Shown: piece by piece, positions 49,414 through 58,749 of the stretch | Layout: every line of letters starts with the position of its first letter | Position numbering within the stretch: position 1 is the first letter of the stretch | Source: Candidatus Thorarchaeota archaeon | GTDB lineage: Archaea; Asgardarchaeota; Thorarchaeia; Thorarchaeales; Thorarchaeaceae | Reading direction: 5' to 3' | DNA length: 64,000 nt | Assembly: GCA_048882045.1 (NCBI GenBank) | Contig: JBHLRZ010000007.1 | Location: forward strand, 1 to 64,000 | Made by a program: the position numbers and the translations under genes | Notes under the pieces: generated by a model | The model's database searches: none | What the model saw: only the letters and a program-made list of their open reading frames with translations | What the model was told of the DNA's origin: nothing

Positions 49414-49872
49414 TTGATGCAAAGCGAATCTTTGCGGATAGTGAGGATATTGGCAGAGAAGAAACAGGAGCTAGTCAAGTTTGTGAACGAGGAGAATGTC
49501 AGTGCAATTGTCCTACTTGCAGATATGCTGGATCTCACAAATGATGAAGTAAGGACATTGATTACCGAATCCATAGCAGACGGTTCTCTAAAAGGGTCCA
49601 TCACTGAGGATGGCCAGCGCTTTTTTAAGAATGATATCTCGGTATCGGAGGCTCCTGTCATTCATAGCGATGAATCGCTTCCTGCTTTCATGGAGTTCGA
49701 TACAAGACCAGGGAGAATCACATCATTCATCGGACTCATTATCATTACAATTGGAGTCATCTTTTTTTCTGGAATGGGACAGCAGGATATAGGCGCAATC
49801 GTTCTCTTCGTTGGTGTTTTTCTCTTGTTCTCTGGGCTCTTCTGTCTGGCGAGAAGGAAGACTCCCTCTTAG
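49414..49872 (+). CDS. PCI-like winged-helix protein with two C-terminal TM helices
   Basis: LADML.L...EV..LI...I.DG.L.G.I pattern plus 2 TM. Confidence 0.65.
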   Translation: MMQSESLRIVRILAEKKQELVKFVNEENVSAIVLLADMLDLTNDEVRTLITESIADGSLKGSITEDGQRFFKNDISVSEAPVIHSDESLPAFMEFDTRPGRITSFIGLIIITIGVIFFSGMGQQDIGAIVLFVGVFLLFSGLFCLARRKTPS

Positions 49873-49946
49873 GGAGTATCATAGTCTGCAATGACATCCC
49901 TTAAGTAGCGGTCTGTTCGCGAAGCCGCTACGGGAAATGATCTACT

Positions 49947-50927
49947 ATGCAAGAGATGTTTATGGTAGCTGCGTTTATTGCTGCATATGCTATTGCTGTT
50001 GGTACAATTTCTTCGATGGTCGGAATTGGTGGGGGAATCTTCAACACTCCTCTTCTGATGATTATCTTTCTCCTGAGTGCACAATTTGCTCCTGCGACAT
50101 CGCTTGTGGCAGCATTGTTTCTCGCGGTTGCAAGTAGTATCTCATATTGGCAACAGAATCCTAGACCTATAATACCAAGAGTAGGACTGTTTCTTGCTGT
50201 AACAACAGCCCCCGGGTCAATCCTTGGTGTATTGCTCCGAACTATGATTACTGACGATTATGTTCTCCGCCTTATCTTTGGAATCTCGCTAATGCCTGTG
50301 GCAATCAAAATGCTGTTCGCTACACGGAGAGAGAAGGGAGACATCGCATCAGAACTTGCTGGTTACGATATGTCAACTCTCACTCAAAAGCGGCTGGTTA
50401 TCTCCCTCTTGGGTGGCTTTATTGGTGGTGTGTCAGCAGGTCTTCTTGGGATTGGAGGCGGGGCAGTGGTCGTTCCGGTACTTTCAATCCTCATGGGCTT
50501 ACCAATGCATGCTGCAGTGGCAACGAGTATGTTTACAATGATGGTCACTGCTTCTGCTGGAACTGCTATGAACTACATCAATGGGTTCATCAATCCGTAC
50601 TATGCAATATCACTCGGGATAGGAATGGTTGTAGGTGGTCAGATCGGTGCAAGGTTGGCATCAAGAGTGAACTCGGTCCAATTAAAGAGGGTTTTCGGTC
50701 TCATCCTTGTCTTTCCCCTCGTAAAGATGATGAAACTCGGACAGTTCTGGCTCGACCCAGCTGGTTCAAGCATACTAATCACTACGGTAGGGGACATCAT
50801 TATCTGGTTGTGCATTGTAATTCCCATTGGACTTCTAAGGTTATACCAAGTTAGAAAACAATCTCAACGGTCACAAGAACTCGAAATGACAGGTGATTCA
50901 ATAATCACAGAGAGTATGGATACTTAA
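49947..50927 (+). CDS. Sulfite exporter TauE/SafE family
   Basis: GIGGG...P motif twice, A.ATS. Confidence 0.9.
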   Translation: MQEMFMVAAFIAAYAIAVGTISSMVGIGGGIFNTPLLMIIFLLSAQFAPATSLVAALFLAVASSISYWQQNPRPIIPRVGLFLAVTTAPGSILGVLLRTMITDDYVLRLIFGISLMPVAIKMLFATRREKGDIASELAGYDMSTLTQKRLVISLLGGFIGGVSAGLLGIGGGAVVVPVLSILMGLPMHAAVATSMFTMMVTASAGTAMNYINGFINPYYAISLGIGMVVGGQIGARLASRVNSVQLKRVFGLILVFPLVKMMKLGQFWLDPAGSSILITTVGDIIIWLCIVIPIGLLRLYQVRKQSQRSQELEMTGDSIITESMDT

Positions 50928-50978
50928 TAGGGAGATTGCACTTGACTCTCAACCAAAGTGTTGCGTCAGGTGTACAAG

Positions 50979-51746
50979 ATGGTCAAATACAATTTGGATG
51001 GACAAGCAGTCATAATCACAGGAGCCTCTGCGGGTCTGGGCGAACAGTTTGCCCATGCATTTGCAGAGTCTGGTGCGAACGTAGTTCTCGGAGCTAGACG
51101 TGATGAGCTGCTAAAGAGAGTTGCAGATGATGTCACAGACAAATATTCGGTCAAAGCAATACCGATAAAGACCGATGTGAGAAGAGAGAAGGACATCATC
51201 AACCTAGTTGATAGAACAGTTAAGGAATTTGGAACAGTAGACGTGCTGGTCAACAACGCAGGTATGTACATAGTCAAACCTCTCATAGAACAAACATTGG
51301 ACGATTGGAATAAGGTGATGGATGTCAATCTGACCTCTGCATTTCTGGCGACTCGTGAGGTTGCTAAGGTCATGATACCAAAGAGATCGGGATCAATCAT
51401 CAATATCTCGTCCACCTTTGGTTTTGGAGGCACCGAGTTCACTGAGGTGAGCTATTACACTTCAAAAGGCGGTATGGTGACCATGACCAAAGCACTTGCA
51501 GTCGAACTCGGGAAGTATAACATTCGTGTGAATGCGATTGCACCTGGATTCTTCCCAACTGCAATGTCAATTGGAGCTATGGAAGACAAGAAGATCAGTG
51601 AATCCATGATCAAGCCTCGGACAGCCCTTCCAATGTTTGCAGAAAATGAGTGGATCCGAGGAGCAGCGTGCTTCTTGGCTAGCGAGGATGCCAAGTACAT
51701 AACTGGTCATACATTAGCCGTAGATGGTGGATGGTTAGCATACTAG
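50979..51746 (+). CDS. Short-chain dehydrogenase/reductase
   Basis: TGASAGLG, NNAG, YYTSKGG, RVNAIAPG, VDGG. Confidence 0.93.
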   Translation: MVKYNLDGQAVIITGASAGLGEQFAHAFAESGANVVLGARRDELLKRVADDVTDKYSVKAIPIKTDVRREKDIINLVDRTVKEFGTVDVLVNNAGMYIVKPLIEQTLDDWNKVMDVNLTSAFLATREVAKVMIPKRSGSIINISSTFGFGGTEFTEVSYYTSKGGMVTMTKALAVELGKYNIRVNAIAPGFFPTAMSIGAMEDKKISESMIKPRTALPMFAENEWIRGAACFLASEDAKYITGHTLAVDGGWLAY

Positions 51747-51787
51747 AAAAAGAAAGAGAAGAAAGGCAGGAGGTCCCACCTTTCCTG
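51747..51787 (-). terminator. Hairpin plus pyrimidine-rich tract downstream of the membrane repeat protein
   Basis: Minus strand: CAGGAAAGGTGGGACCTCCTG followed by CCTTTCTTCTCTTTCTTTTT. Confidence 0.5.
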
Positions 51788-51797
51788 TATTCTAGAT

Positions 51798-52895
51798 TTA
51801 GTCATCCCAGTCCATAGCTTCAAAGTCTCGGTATTTCTTCCACTGAGCTCCACCGCTGACTGCAGCAATGATTAGAAGAGAAACAAGGAATATTGCGAAG
51901 TTCTGGTATGGGGTGAAAGGTTCAGCAAAGAACCAGAACCAGATCGAGAGTGCAATAACCCAAGCAAATGCGAGTCCTATTGACCACCAATTCTCAGGTC
52001 CTTCACCACGCTTACGTGCCCAGGGTAGCCATGCTGCTACTACTAATGCACAGAAGATAGCGAATGAGAACAATGTAATCGCTATGTTTTGATTTCCTGT
52101 AATTCCTGGACTTCCAGCAAAAAACCACGACCAGATGTCAATGAATATCAACCAAAGCACGAAAAATCCTAGAGTGCCTCGGACCCTGTTATAGAGACCT
52201 GGATCTGCATCAATTTCAACTCGAATTTGACCTCTCCAAGGCGCGATGACTACTGCAATCATCAGAAGGAATGATGTCATGATGATCGAGAAATTCTGAT
52301 ACGGATTTATTGGATACACTAGTTCGCTGAAGTTATTGGCGAATGGGAGCCACAAGACAATGAAAATCAACCAGAATATGCCACCAAGGGCACTAATTCG
52401 ACCTCCTCCTTCTTCACCATGTTTTGGAACCCACAATCCAACATTGATAGCTCCAACAAACAAAAGCGATGCAAGAGCGATTCCAATATTCTCATAGAAT
52501 CCAAATCCACTAGCGAGGAAAATTATCCACACTATCAGAAATATCAACCATGCAACTCCACTCACTGCACTTGACCGTGCTCTCCATCCTCCTTCATAAG
52601 TTGGAATCCAGATAAGGGCATTCATAGCCATGACAATGAGCAGTGACACCAAAGCAATTGCGATGTTCTCAAAAATCCCGAAGCCACTTGCAAAGAAGAA
52701 CAACCAGATAATAACGAAACCAATCCAAGCGGCGAAACTCGCCATTGACCCGTACTGCTTTCCTTTTGATCTTCGTCGTCCCCTTCTGCCTCGAACATGA
52801 GTCGTAATCTCTTCTTCTATGTCATACTCCTCTTCTGCATCCTCATCCTCAGATGAATCATCAGTGGGAGTATCATCCTCATCAAATGGTTTCAT
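51798..52895 (-). CDS. Membrane protein with five internal helical-hairpin repeats
   Basis: Five copies of W..F...W..F.A...(E/Q)N..I...S. Acidic then Arg-rich N-terminus. Confidence 0.8.
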   Translation of the reverse strand: MKPFDEDDTPTDDSSEDEDAEEEYDIEEEITTHVRGRRGRRRSKGKQYGSMASFAAWIGFVIIWLFFFASGFGIFENIAIALVSLLIVMAMNALIWIPTYEGGWRARSSAVSGVAWLIFLIVWIIFLASGFGFYENIGIALASLLFVGAINVGLWVPKHGEEGGGRISALGGIFWLIFIVLWLPFANNFSELVYPINPYQNFSIIMTSFLLMIAVVIAPWRGQIRVEIDADPGLYNRVRGTLGFFVLWLIFIDIWSWFFAGSPGITGNQNIAITLFSFAIFCALVVAAWLPWARKRGEGPENWWSIGLAFAWVIALSIWFWFFAEPFTPYQNFAIFLVSLLIIAAVSGGAQWKKYRDFEAMDWDD

Positions 52896-53098
52896 TGTAT
52901 AGTCTCCAATCCAACGCTTACAACTCGTACGGAAAATGTATCCTCCTTAAGCGGTTTGCGCTGCATTTTCTAGTTAATAATTGATAATTCCTCTATATAA
53001 AGAAGAATCACAAATCAGGGTCACATTATGTTACTATCTGTAACTGGATAACAATAGTTAAATATTTCCTTTGGTTTCTATTTGATATATTTTCGGAG

Positions 53099-53587
53099 AT
53101 GAGAAAGATGTCCGATGAAGAAAAGATGACTCTGAAGGAATTCCACAAGAAAATAGCAGTACAATCAAACAATGGAATTTGGCCAACTCTGGATAAAGAC
53201 AATCCCACTAAGGAAGAACTAGAAGACGTCATGCATATGGCGCATACAGCAAGATATCATTGGAGCAAGGTCGGTACAATCGTTAATGCAGTCAGAGGAG
53301 AATACATGCTTGCAAGAGTCTATGCTCATATGAAGAGGGCTGAACCTGCTTTATATCATGCTAATAGAGGACTCGAGTTAGCCAAAGAGGCTGAGAAGAC
53401 TGATGAGAACTGGAAGGATTGGGATATGCCTTTCATTTACGAAGCTCTTGCTCGAGCACATGCTGTAGCTGGCAATAAAAAAGAGTGTATGGAATACAAG
53501 GAAACAGCTCAGAAAGCGATTGACAAAATAGCAGGAAAAGAGGACAAAGAGATCTGCCAGGGTGAACTCGACAAGGTCAAGTGCTAA
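53099..53587 (+). CDS. Conserved hypothetical helical (TPR-like) protein
   Basis: NN..W, HMAHTARYHW, LARVYA, YEALARAHA. Confidence 0.75.
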   Translation: MRKMSDEEKMTLKEFHKKIAVQSNNGIWPTLDKDNPTKEELEDVMHMAHTARYHWSKVGTIVNAVRGEYMLARVYAHMKRAEPALYHANRGLELAKEAEKTDENWKDWDMPFIYEALARAHAVAGNKKECMEYKETAQKAIDKIAGKEDKEICQGELDKVKC

Positions 53588-53640
53588 TCCAACTCGCTGA
53601 GACCAAAACAAGAATAAGAAGAGTTTCTCGCAGTTAACTC

Positions 53641-54537
53641 ATGCGTGAGATACCATACGTTCAAACCAGTGTATTTGTTGACGAAAGGAAATCCTTCGGC
53701 GGCAACCAACTGGCAACATATTGGAATATAGAGAAGAATGCATCTCTCACTCAAGAAGAGATGCAGGGCATGACTCTCGAAATGAACTTCTCAGAATCGA
53801 CTTTCATCGAGAAACCTACCATCGATGGATGTACTGCCAAGGTCAGAATCTTCACTCCTGCCCTAGAGATTTCCTTTGCCGGTCACCCAACTTTAGGAAC
53901 CGCTTATGTAATGAAAAACAAGGGTCTGATCAAAGAGCACCAAGAAACAGCTCTACTCCAGCTGGGTATAGGTCCAACTCCTGTTGAAATTCTCGACGAA
54001 GATCTAATTCAGATGACGCAACAGAAACCTGAATTCAAAAGATCTAATGACAGTGAAGACAAGATAGCTAGCGCAATTGGTTTGACAACCGACGACATCA
54101 ATTCAAAGTATCCAATACAGATCGTGTCTACAGGGTTTCCATATCTGATTGTTCCCATAACGAATCTTGAGTCATTGAAGAAAGCACATCCACCAATAGC
54201 CCAAGAATTACGGAATCTCTCACATCATGAAATCCTCGCGTTTTCGACAGAAACTGAATTTTCTGACTCACATGTGCATGCGAGAATGTTCGCACCTGAT
54301 GCTGGAGTCCCTGAAGATCCTGCTACTGGAAGTGCAGCAGGACCACTGGGCGCCTACGTTGAGAAACATCGGATACTTGAGAATCACCGGATTGGAGAGC
54401 CAATTCTGATCGAGCAAGGCTTTGAAATCAAGCGTCCAAGTCAGCTTGTTGCGAAAGTACCGGATAAGAACATGTCTGCAGTCCTTGTATCAGGAAAGGT
54501 CCGACTCATTGCAGAAGGTGCGTTTTATCTCCCCTAG
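53641..54537 (+). CDS. PhzF-family isomerase
   Basis: GGNQLA, EMNFSESTF, RIFTP..E..FAGHPT, EDPATGSA. Confidence 0.92.
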   Translation: MREIPYVQTSVFVDERKSFGGNQLATYWNIEKNASLTQEEMQGMTLEMNFSESTFIEKPTIDGCTAKVRIFTPALEISFAGHPTLGTAYVMKNKGLIKEHQETALLQLGIGPTPVEILDEDLIQMTQQKPEFKRSNDSEDKIASAIGLTTDDINSKYPIQIVSTGFPYLIVPITNLESLKKAHPPIAQELRNLSHHEILAFSTETEFSDSHVHARMFAPDAGVPEDPATGSAAGPLGAYVEKHRILENHRIGEPILIEQGFEIKRPSQLVAKVPDKNMSAVLVSGKVRLIAEGAFYLP

Positions 54538-54599
54538 TCTACTATCGACCAAGTAACTTCTTATGCCGAATTAAGGCTGAAACATCGGAGCTGCGGTGC

Positions 54600-55118
54600 T
54601 TGAGTACAATAAGACCCGTCTTCAAGACGGTCCTCATAGGAGAAGGCGGCGTTGGGAAAACCAGCTTAGCTGTGCGATACACCGAAGACCGTTTCGACCA
54701 GCAAATGAAGATGACCATTGGCGTGAATTTTGCTACCAAAACTCTAACTGCCGGTGGGAGAAAGATCACACTTCTTCTATGGGATCTTGGGGGACAACCA
54801 CGTTTCCAAGATGTCATCTCAGACTACTTCAAAGGGTCTAAACTAGCCATTGCTGTATATGAAGTGAATCGAGTCTTCACTTTGTATAGACTTGATGATT
54901 GGATAAATAGGCTACATACAAGTGTCCCGAACTGCAGAATCTTCTTTGTAGGAAACAAGATTGATGAGAGGATGGACACCATGGGAGTATCTCTTGATGA
55001 GGCCGATGAGTTTGCAGCCAAATATGATGCAAAGGTTTTCGAGGTCAGTGCAAAGACTGGCGAAGGCGTCTTTGAGATGTTCGATGCTGTGGGAGAACAT
55101 CTTCTCCAATACTTTTGA
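54600..55118 (+). CDS. Rab-like small GTPase
   Basis: GEGGVGKTS, TIGVNF, WDLGGQPRF, NKID, EVSAK. Confidence 0.93.
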   Translation: MSTIRPVFKTVLIGEGGVGKTSLAVRYTEDRFDQQMKMTIGVNFATKTLTAGGRKITLLLWDLGGQPRFQDVISDYFKGSKLAIAVYEVNRVFTLYRLDDWINRLHTSVPNCRIFFVGNKIDERMDTMGVSLDEADEFAAKYDAKVFEVSAKTGEGVFEMFDAVGEHLLQYF

Positions 55119-55195
55119 ATTGTTGATATTGGGAAATTATTAAATGACAAGCGAAGTATCCTTGTCTGAACGAAAAGGAAGAGGGAATTCAAGAC

Positions 55196-55420
55196 TTGGT
55201 GAAGGTCAAGCTGACACCATTCACATGTCCAGCCTGCGGTGATGGTACTCAGATTTCTCTTGAGATCGAAAAGAAGAAGATAACTCAGGCCAGGAGACAT
55301 CCAGCTTTATTCACGTTTAGGTGTAAGAAAGACCATTCGCTTGTTGTATTTGTCGATCTTAACTTCAAGATTCGAGATGTGGAAGTAGCCACAGATGCAA
55401 CTGTGAAAACGGTCAAGTAA
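55196..55420 (+). CDS. Small putative Zn-binding protein (CxxC...CxxxH)
   Basis: CPACG...CKKDH.LVVFVD.NF.IR. Confidence 0.7.
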   Translation: MVKVKLTPFTCPACGDGTQISLEIEKKKITQARRHPALFTFRCKKDHSLVVFVDLNFKIRDVEVATDATVKTVK

Positions 55421-55457
55421 GAACATATTTCTATCATGACCTCATAGTTCCCGTGCT

Positions 55458-56171
55458 ATGCAGTTTGAGAGCATTGTGATACGAGTTTTCGATGTAGACT
55501 TCATGTTCCTTGACTTAGCATTCACAATATTCTGGATTGCACTCCTTTATAGACGAGGTTACATCAAGCCCTTGCTGTTTGGTGTCTTGGGCATCATCTT
55601 GAACTTCATCATAGACTATGGAATCTGGTACAGTGTCATGGGAATTCGAACACTTGAGGGACTTCCAATCTGGATGTCACCTCTCTCCTTCTTCGTGTAC
55701 TTCTCAATAACATATGGTATGGTCCAGTACTCATATGTGCAAGTGATGTTCTCATTCCAAAGTACAGACGAGAATAGTGAGAGGTGGAGGAGATATAGAT
55801 GGTCAGCCCTCCTCTTCGGCGGATGGTTGGTCATTGGCTTCATCTCATTCTTCTGGTCTTTCATGGATTCAGAAGTGACCGTCATCAGATACATGAACGA
55901 ACAGCGATTCATCGAGGTCGCGGTCGTCATTGCAATGTACGCGCTCTTGGCATATCTTGCATCGAGGAAGAAGTTCGACCTCAATCTCAGACGAATTGCA
56001 TACATATTCTCGGTTGGATTCTTCGTTCACTTCTCAATGGAATTCACATTGCTACTAAGTGGTATTCGAAAGTCGGGAGTATTCGACCTTGTCTTCAACA
56101 GTTTCTTAGAGTTCAATATGGGCACACCTCTCCTCTATCTGATGCTTGTTGGACTTGTCCCAATCATCTAA
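55458..56171 (+). CDS. Hypothetical integral membrane protein
   Basis: About 6-7 TM helices. Confidence 0.7.
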   Translation: MQFESIVIRVFDVDFMFLDLAFTIFWIALLYRRGYIKPLLFGVLGIILNFIIDYGIWYSVMGIRTLEGLPIWMSPLSFFVYFSITYGMVQYSYVQVMFSFQSTDENSERWRRYRWSALLFGGWLVIGFISFFWSFMDSEVTVIRYMNEQRFIEVAVVIAMYALLAYLASRKKFDLNLRRIAYIFSVGFFVHFSMEFTLLLSGIRKSGVFDLVFNSFLEFNMGTPLLYLMLVGLVPII

Positions 56172-56195
56172 AGAAAGTTCAAGAGAAATGGGTAA

Positions 56196-56627
56196 CTACA
56201 GGGATTTCCGAAAGAAAACCTCTCCTATTCCTCCCTCATTGATTCCAGATATAATCCCACATTCTTCAAACCCAATTGAGCGGTGCCAAGCCTGAGGTTC
56301 AGGTTCGTTTGCTTGGGAAGAGCTATACAACTGATCATGTCCCCGGCTCTTCAAGTATTTCTCTAAGAAAGAGATTATCTTCTGACCGATTCCTTCATGT
56401 CTATAGAGTTCGATGACAAAGATGACTCCGATATACGGTATATTAGACCAGAGATACTCTAGTCTCAGATACCCAATTGGTTCACCATCGAGTTCTGCTA
56501 TGATGATCTCATCCTGGACTATCTTGTTGCGGATCACCTGTTCCGTCACATAGTCATCTTCTACTACACACCATTCAAGGTCTTCAGGTCCAGCAAACCT
56601 CACAACGACCCTATCATACACACTCAT
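56196..56627 (-). CDS. GNAT N-acetyltransferase
   Basis: YRHEGIG, WHRSIGF.ECG. Confidence 0.88.
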   Translation of the reverse strand: MSVYDRVVVRFAGPEDLEWCVVEDDYVTEQVIRNKIVQDEIIIAELDGEPIGYLRLEYLWSNIPYIGVIFVIELYRHEGIGQKIISFLEKYLKSRGHDQLYSSSQANEPEPQAWHRSIGFEECGIISGINEGGIGEVFFRKSL

Positions 56628-56787
56628 CCTAACTCACTGTTCCAAATCTAGGATGTCAATGCATCTGAAGTAGGTTTCGAATTCATTGTTCAGAAAATGA
56701 TATATCGAGAATGGAAGTTAGAAATTGTAATTTCAGTGGTCTAGGAGTGTGAGATAAGAGACCATTCTAGGTGTAGGTGGCTGAATC

Positions 56788-58749
56788 TTGCGAAGAAAGA
56801 TCCTAATTGTCATCATTTTCCTCCTGTCTACTCTAATCCCCTCTCCAATGTTTGACTCAAAATTAGGAAAGGTTGCAGAGGGAGTATCAGGAACCATAGA
56901 GTATCATACCATTGCATATACTCGACATGATCCCATCTACATTGCATCAGACGCAGAATTCATTGCACAGGCTGCTTTAGAAGGGTGGCCTGGGGACGGT
57001 TCAGAGTCCAATCCCTACAGAATTGAAGGCTACAACATTACTCACACGGGATTCATCATCCAAATTGAAAATGTCACTATGTTTTTTGAAATTAGGAACT
57101 GCTACCTGGCTTCAAATTCGTCAGGGGTGCACATCGAAAGCTCCTCAGACTGTGAAGTATATTCCAACGATTTCGATAATGCAAGTATTGAGATATGTGA
57201 CAGCGGTAATTGTGAAATCTATTCAAATGAATTCTATAATGGATCTGAGATACGAATTAACTGTTGTTTTCAAGTTTCGGTATCAGACGTTAGAGTCATT
57301 GCACCATCTGACCAGGGGATACTTGTTAGCAACTCAAGTCACTGCAATATCTCTAATTCCATATTATATTCATCACCAATAGCCGGGATTGTTGCAATGG
57401 ATTCGCTCTCCTGCTCCTTTACTTCCAACACCATATCACATTGTCAGAATGGCATACTAATTTGCAACGATACCTCCTCATCTCTATTTACTAACAACTA
57501 CATATTCAATCAATCAGAGTATGGAATAAAAGTTGAAAGTGGTTCTGATAACTGGATATATGCGAACATCGTAGCTAGTGAAGGAACAGGATTTTTCCTG
57601 GACGATGGTGTTCAGAATCACTGGGATGATGGATTTTTCCTAGGAAACTTTTTGCCTGGAATAACTGAAGGAATCTTTCCCATAGACGGTTCTGCTGGGA
57701 GCGAGGATCAATTTGCAAGGCCAGTAGACCCAGAGCCAGTTGAAGAGCCAGTAATCTGTTCAGATCCGATACTGGTGAAACTCGGTGATTTTGATGGAAT
57801 TCTAGCTTGTGTGGTTTGGCTGAGAGAAGAAACTCGTCTGTATAGGTTTGAGATTATCAGAAACAGATTCTACATAAATGGAGCGTTTGATCGAGATATT
57901 GAATGGTCAGGTCCATGTACTATTGTGATTGATGTAGAGGGTTTGGCTCCAGGTATTTACGAATTCAGCCTATTCCAAGATCTCTGGGTTCCCCCCTTCG
58001 ATGAGGGGGAAATACATCTGTTTGATTTTACAACCTACCTTCCCGGATTTTATTCTCCTATTGATAATGATGCTGATGACATGTTTGATGAATGGGAGAT
58101 TGAGCATGGTCTGGATCCTTTGAGCAATGATAGTGAAGATGATCCCGATAGTGATGATCTCTCCAATCTTCATGAATTTATGTGGAACACTGATCCACAA
58201 AATCCCGATACGGACTCAGACCTCATGCCAGACGGATGGGAAGCTCACTACGACCTGCGACCATGGGTCGATGACTCGGGATTGGATAAAGACTCAGATG
58301 GTTTGTGCAACCTCGATGAGTATCTTCATGGAACGGACCCAGAGGATAGCGACTCAGATTCCGATTCGATAACGGACGGATGGGAGGTGACCTTTGGTCA
58401 AAATCCATTGGATCCCTCTGATGCATTGATAGATTCCGATGCTGATACTCTAACAAATCTCCAAGAGTTTCTACTTGGAACCAATCCAACTAGTCCAGAT
58501 TCTGACTTCGATTCTTATCCTGATGCTTGGGAGGTGCGCTATGGATTCGATCCACTTACCCCTCCTGATACAATGTATGAAGAGATCGCATATTTTGCAC
58601 CTTTCATTATCACTGGATATCTGACTCTTAGTGCCATATCTGTGGTGACAATAGTCATGAATCGAATGGGAAAGATGCTCCTAAAAGAGCAGAGCCAACT
58701 TGATGAAGAGGAAGAGATCAAGCGTCAACTTCAAGCTCTGATGTCTTGA
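56788..58749 (+). CDS. Surface protein: beta-helix (NosD-like), Ig-like segment, seven acidic Ca-binding (TSP3-like) repeats, C-terminal TM
   Basis: HDPIYI..GWPGDGS..NPY, PbH repeats, D.D.D...D.WE...G.DP repeats. Confidence 0.82.
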   Translation: MRRKILIVIIFLLSTLIPSPMFDSKLGKVAEGVSGTIEYHTIAYTRHDPIYIASDAEFIAQAALEGWPGDGSESNPYRIEGYNITHTGFIIQIENVTMFFEIRNCYLASNSSGVHIESSSDCEVYSNDFDNASIEICDSGNCEIYSNEFYNGSEIRINCCFQVSVSDVRVIAPSDQGILVSNSSHCNISNSILYSSPIAGIVAMDSLSCSFTSNTISHCQNGILICNDTSSSLFTNNYIFNQSEYGIKVESGSDNWIYANIVASEGTGFFLDDGVQNHWDDGFFLGNFLPGITEGIFPIDGSAGSEDQFARPVDPEPVEEPVICSDPILVKLGDFDGILACVVWLREETRLYRFEIIRNRFYINGAFDRDIEWSGPCTIVIDVEGLAPGIYEFSLFQDLWVPPFDEGEIHLFDFTTYLPGFYSPIDNDADDMFDEWEIEHGLDPLSNDSEDDPDSDDLSNLHEFMWNTDPQNPDTDSDLMPDGWEAHYDLRPWVDDSGLDKDSDGLCNLDEYLHGTDPEDSDSDSDSITDGWEVTFGQNPLDPSDALIDSDADTLTNLQEFLLGTNPTSPDSDFDSYPDAWEVRYGFDPLTPPDTMYEEIAYFAPFIITGYLTLSAISVVTIVMNRMGKMLLKEQSQLDEEEEIKRQLQALMS

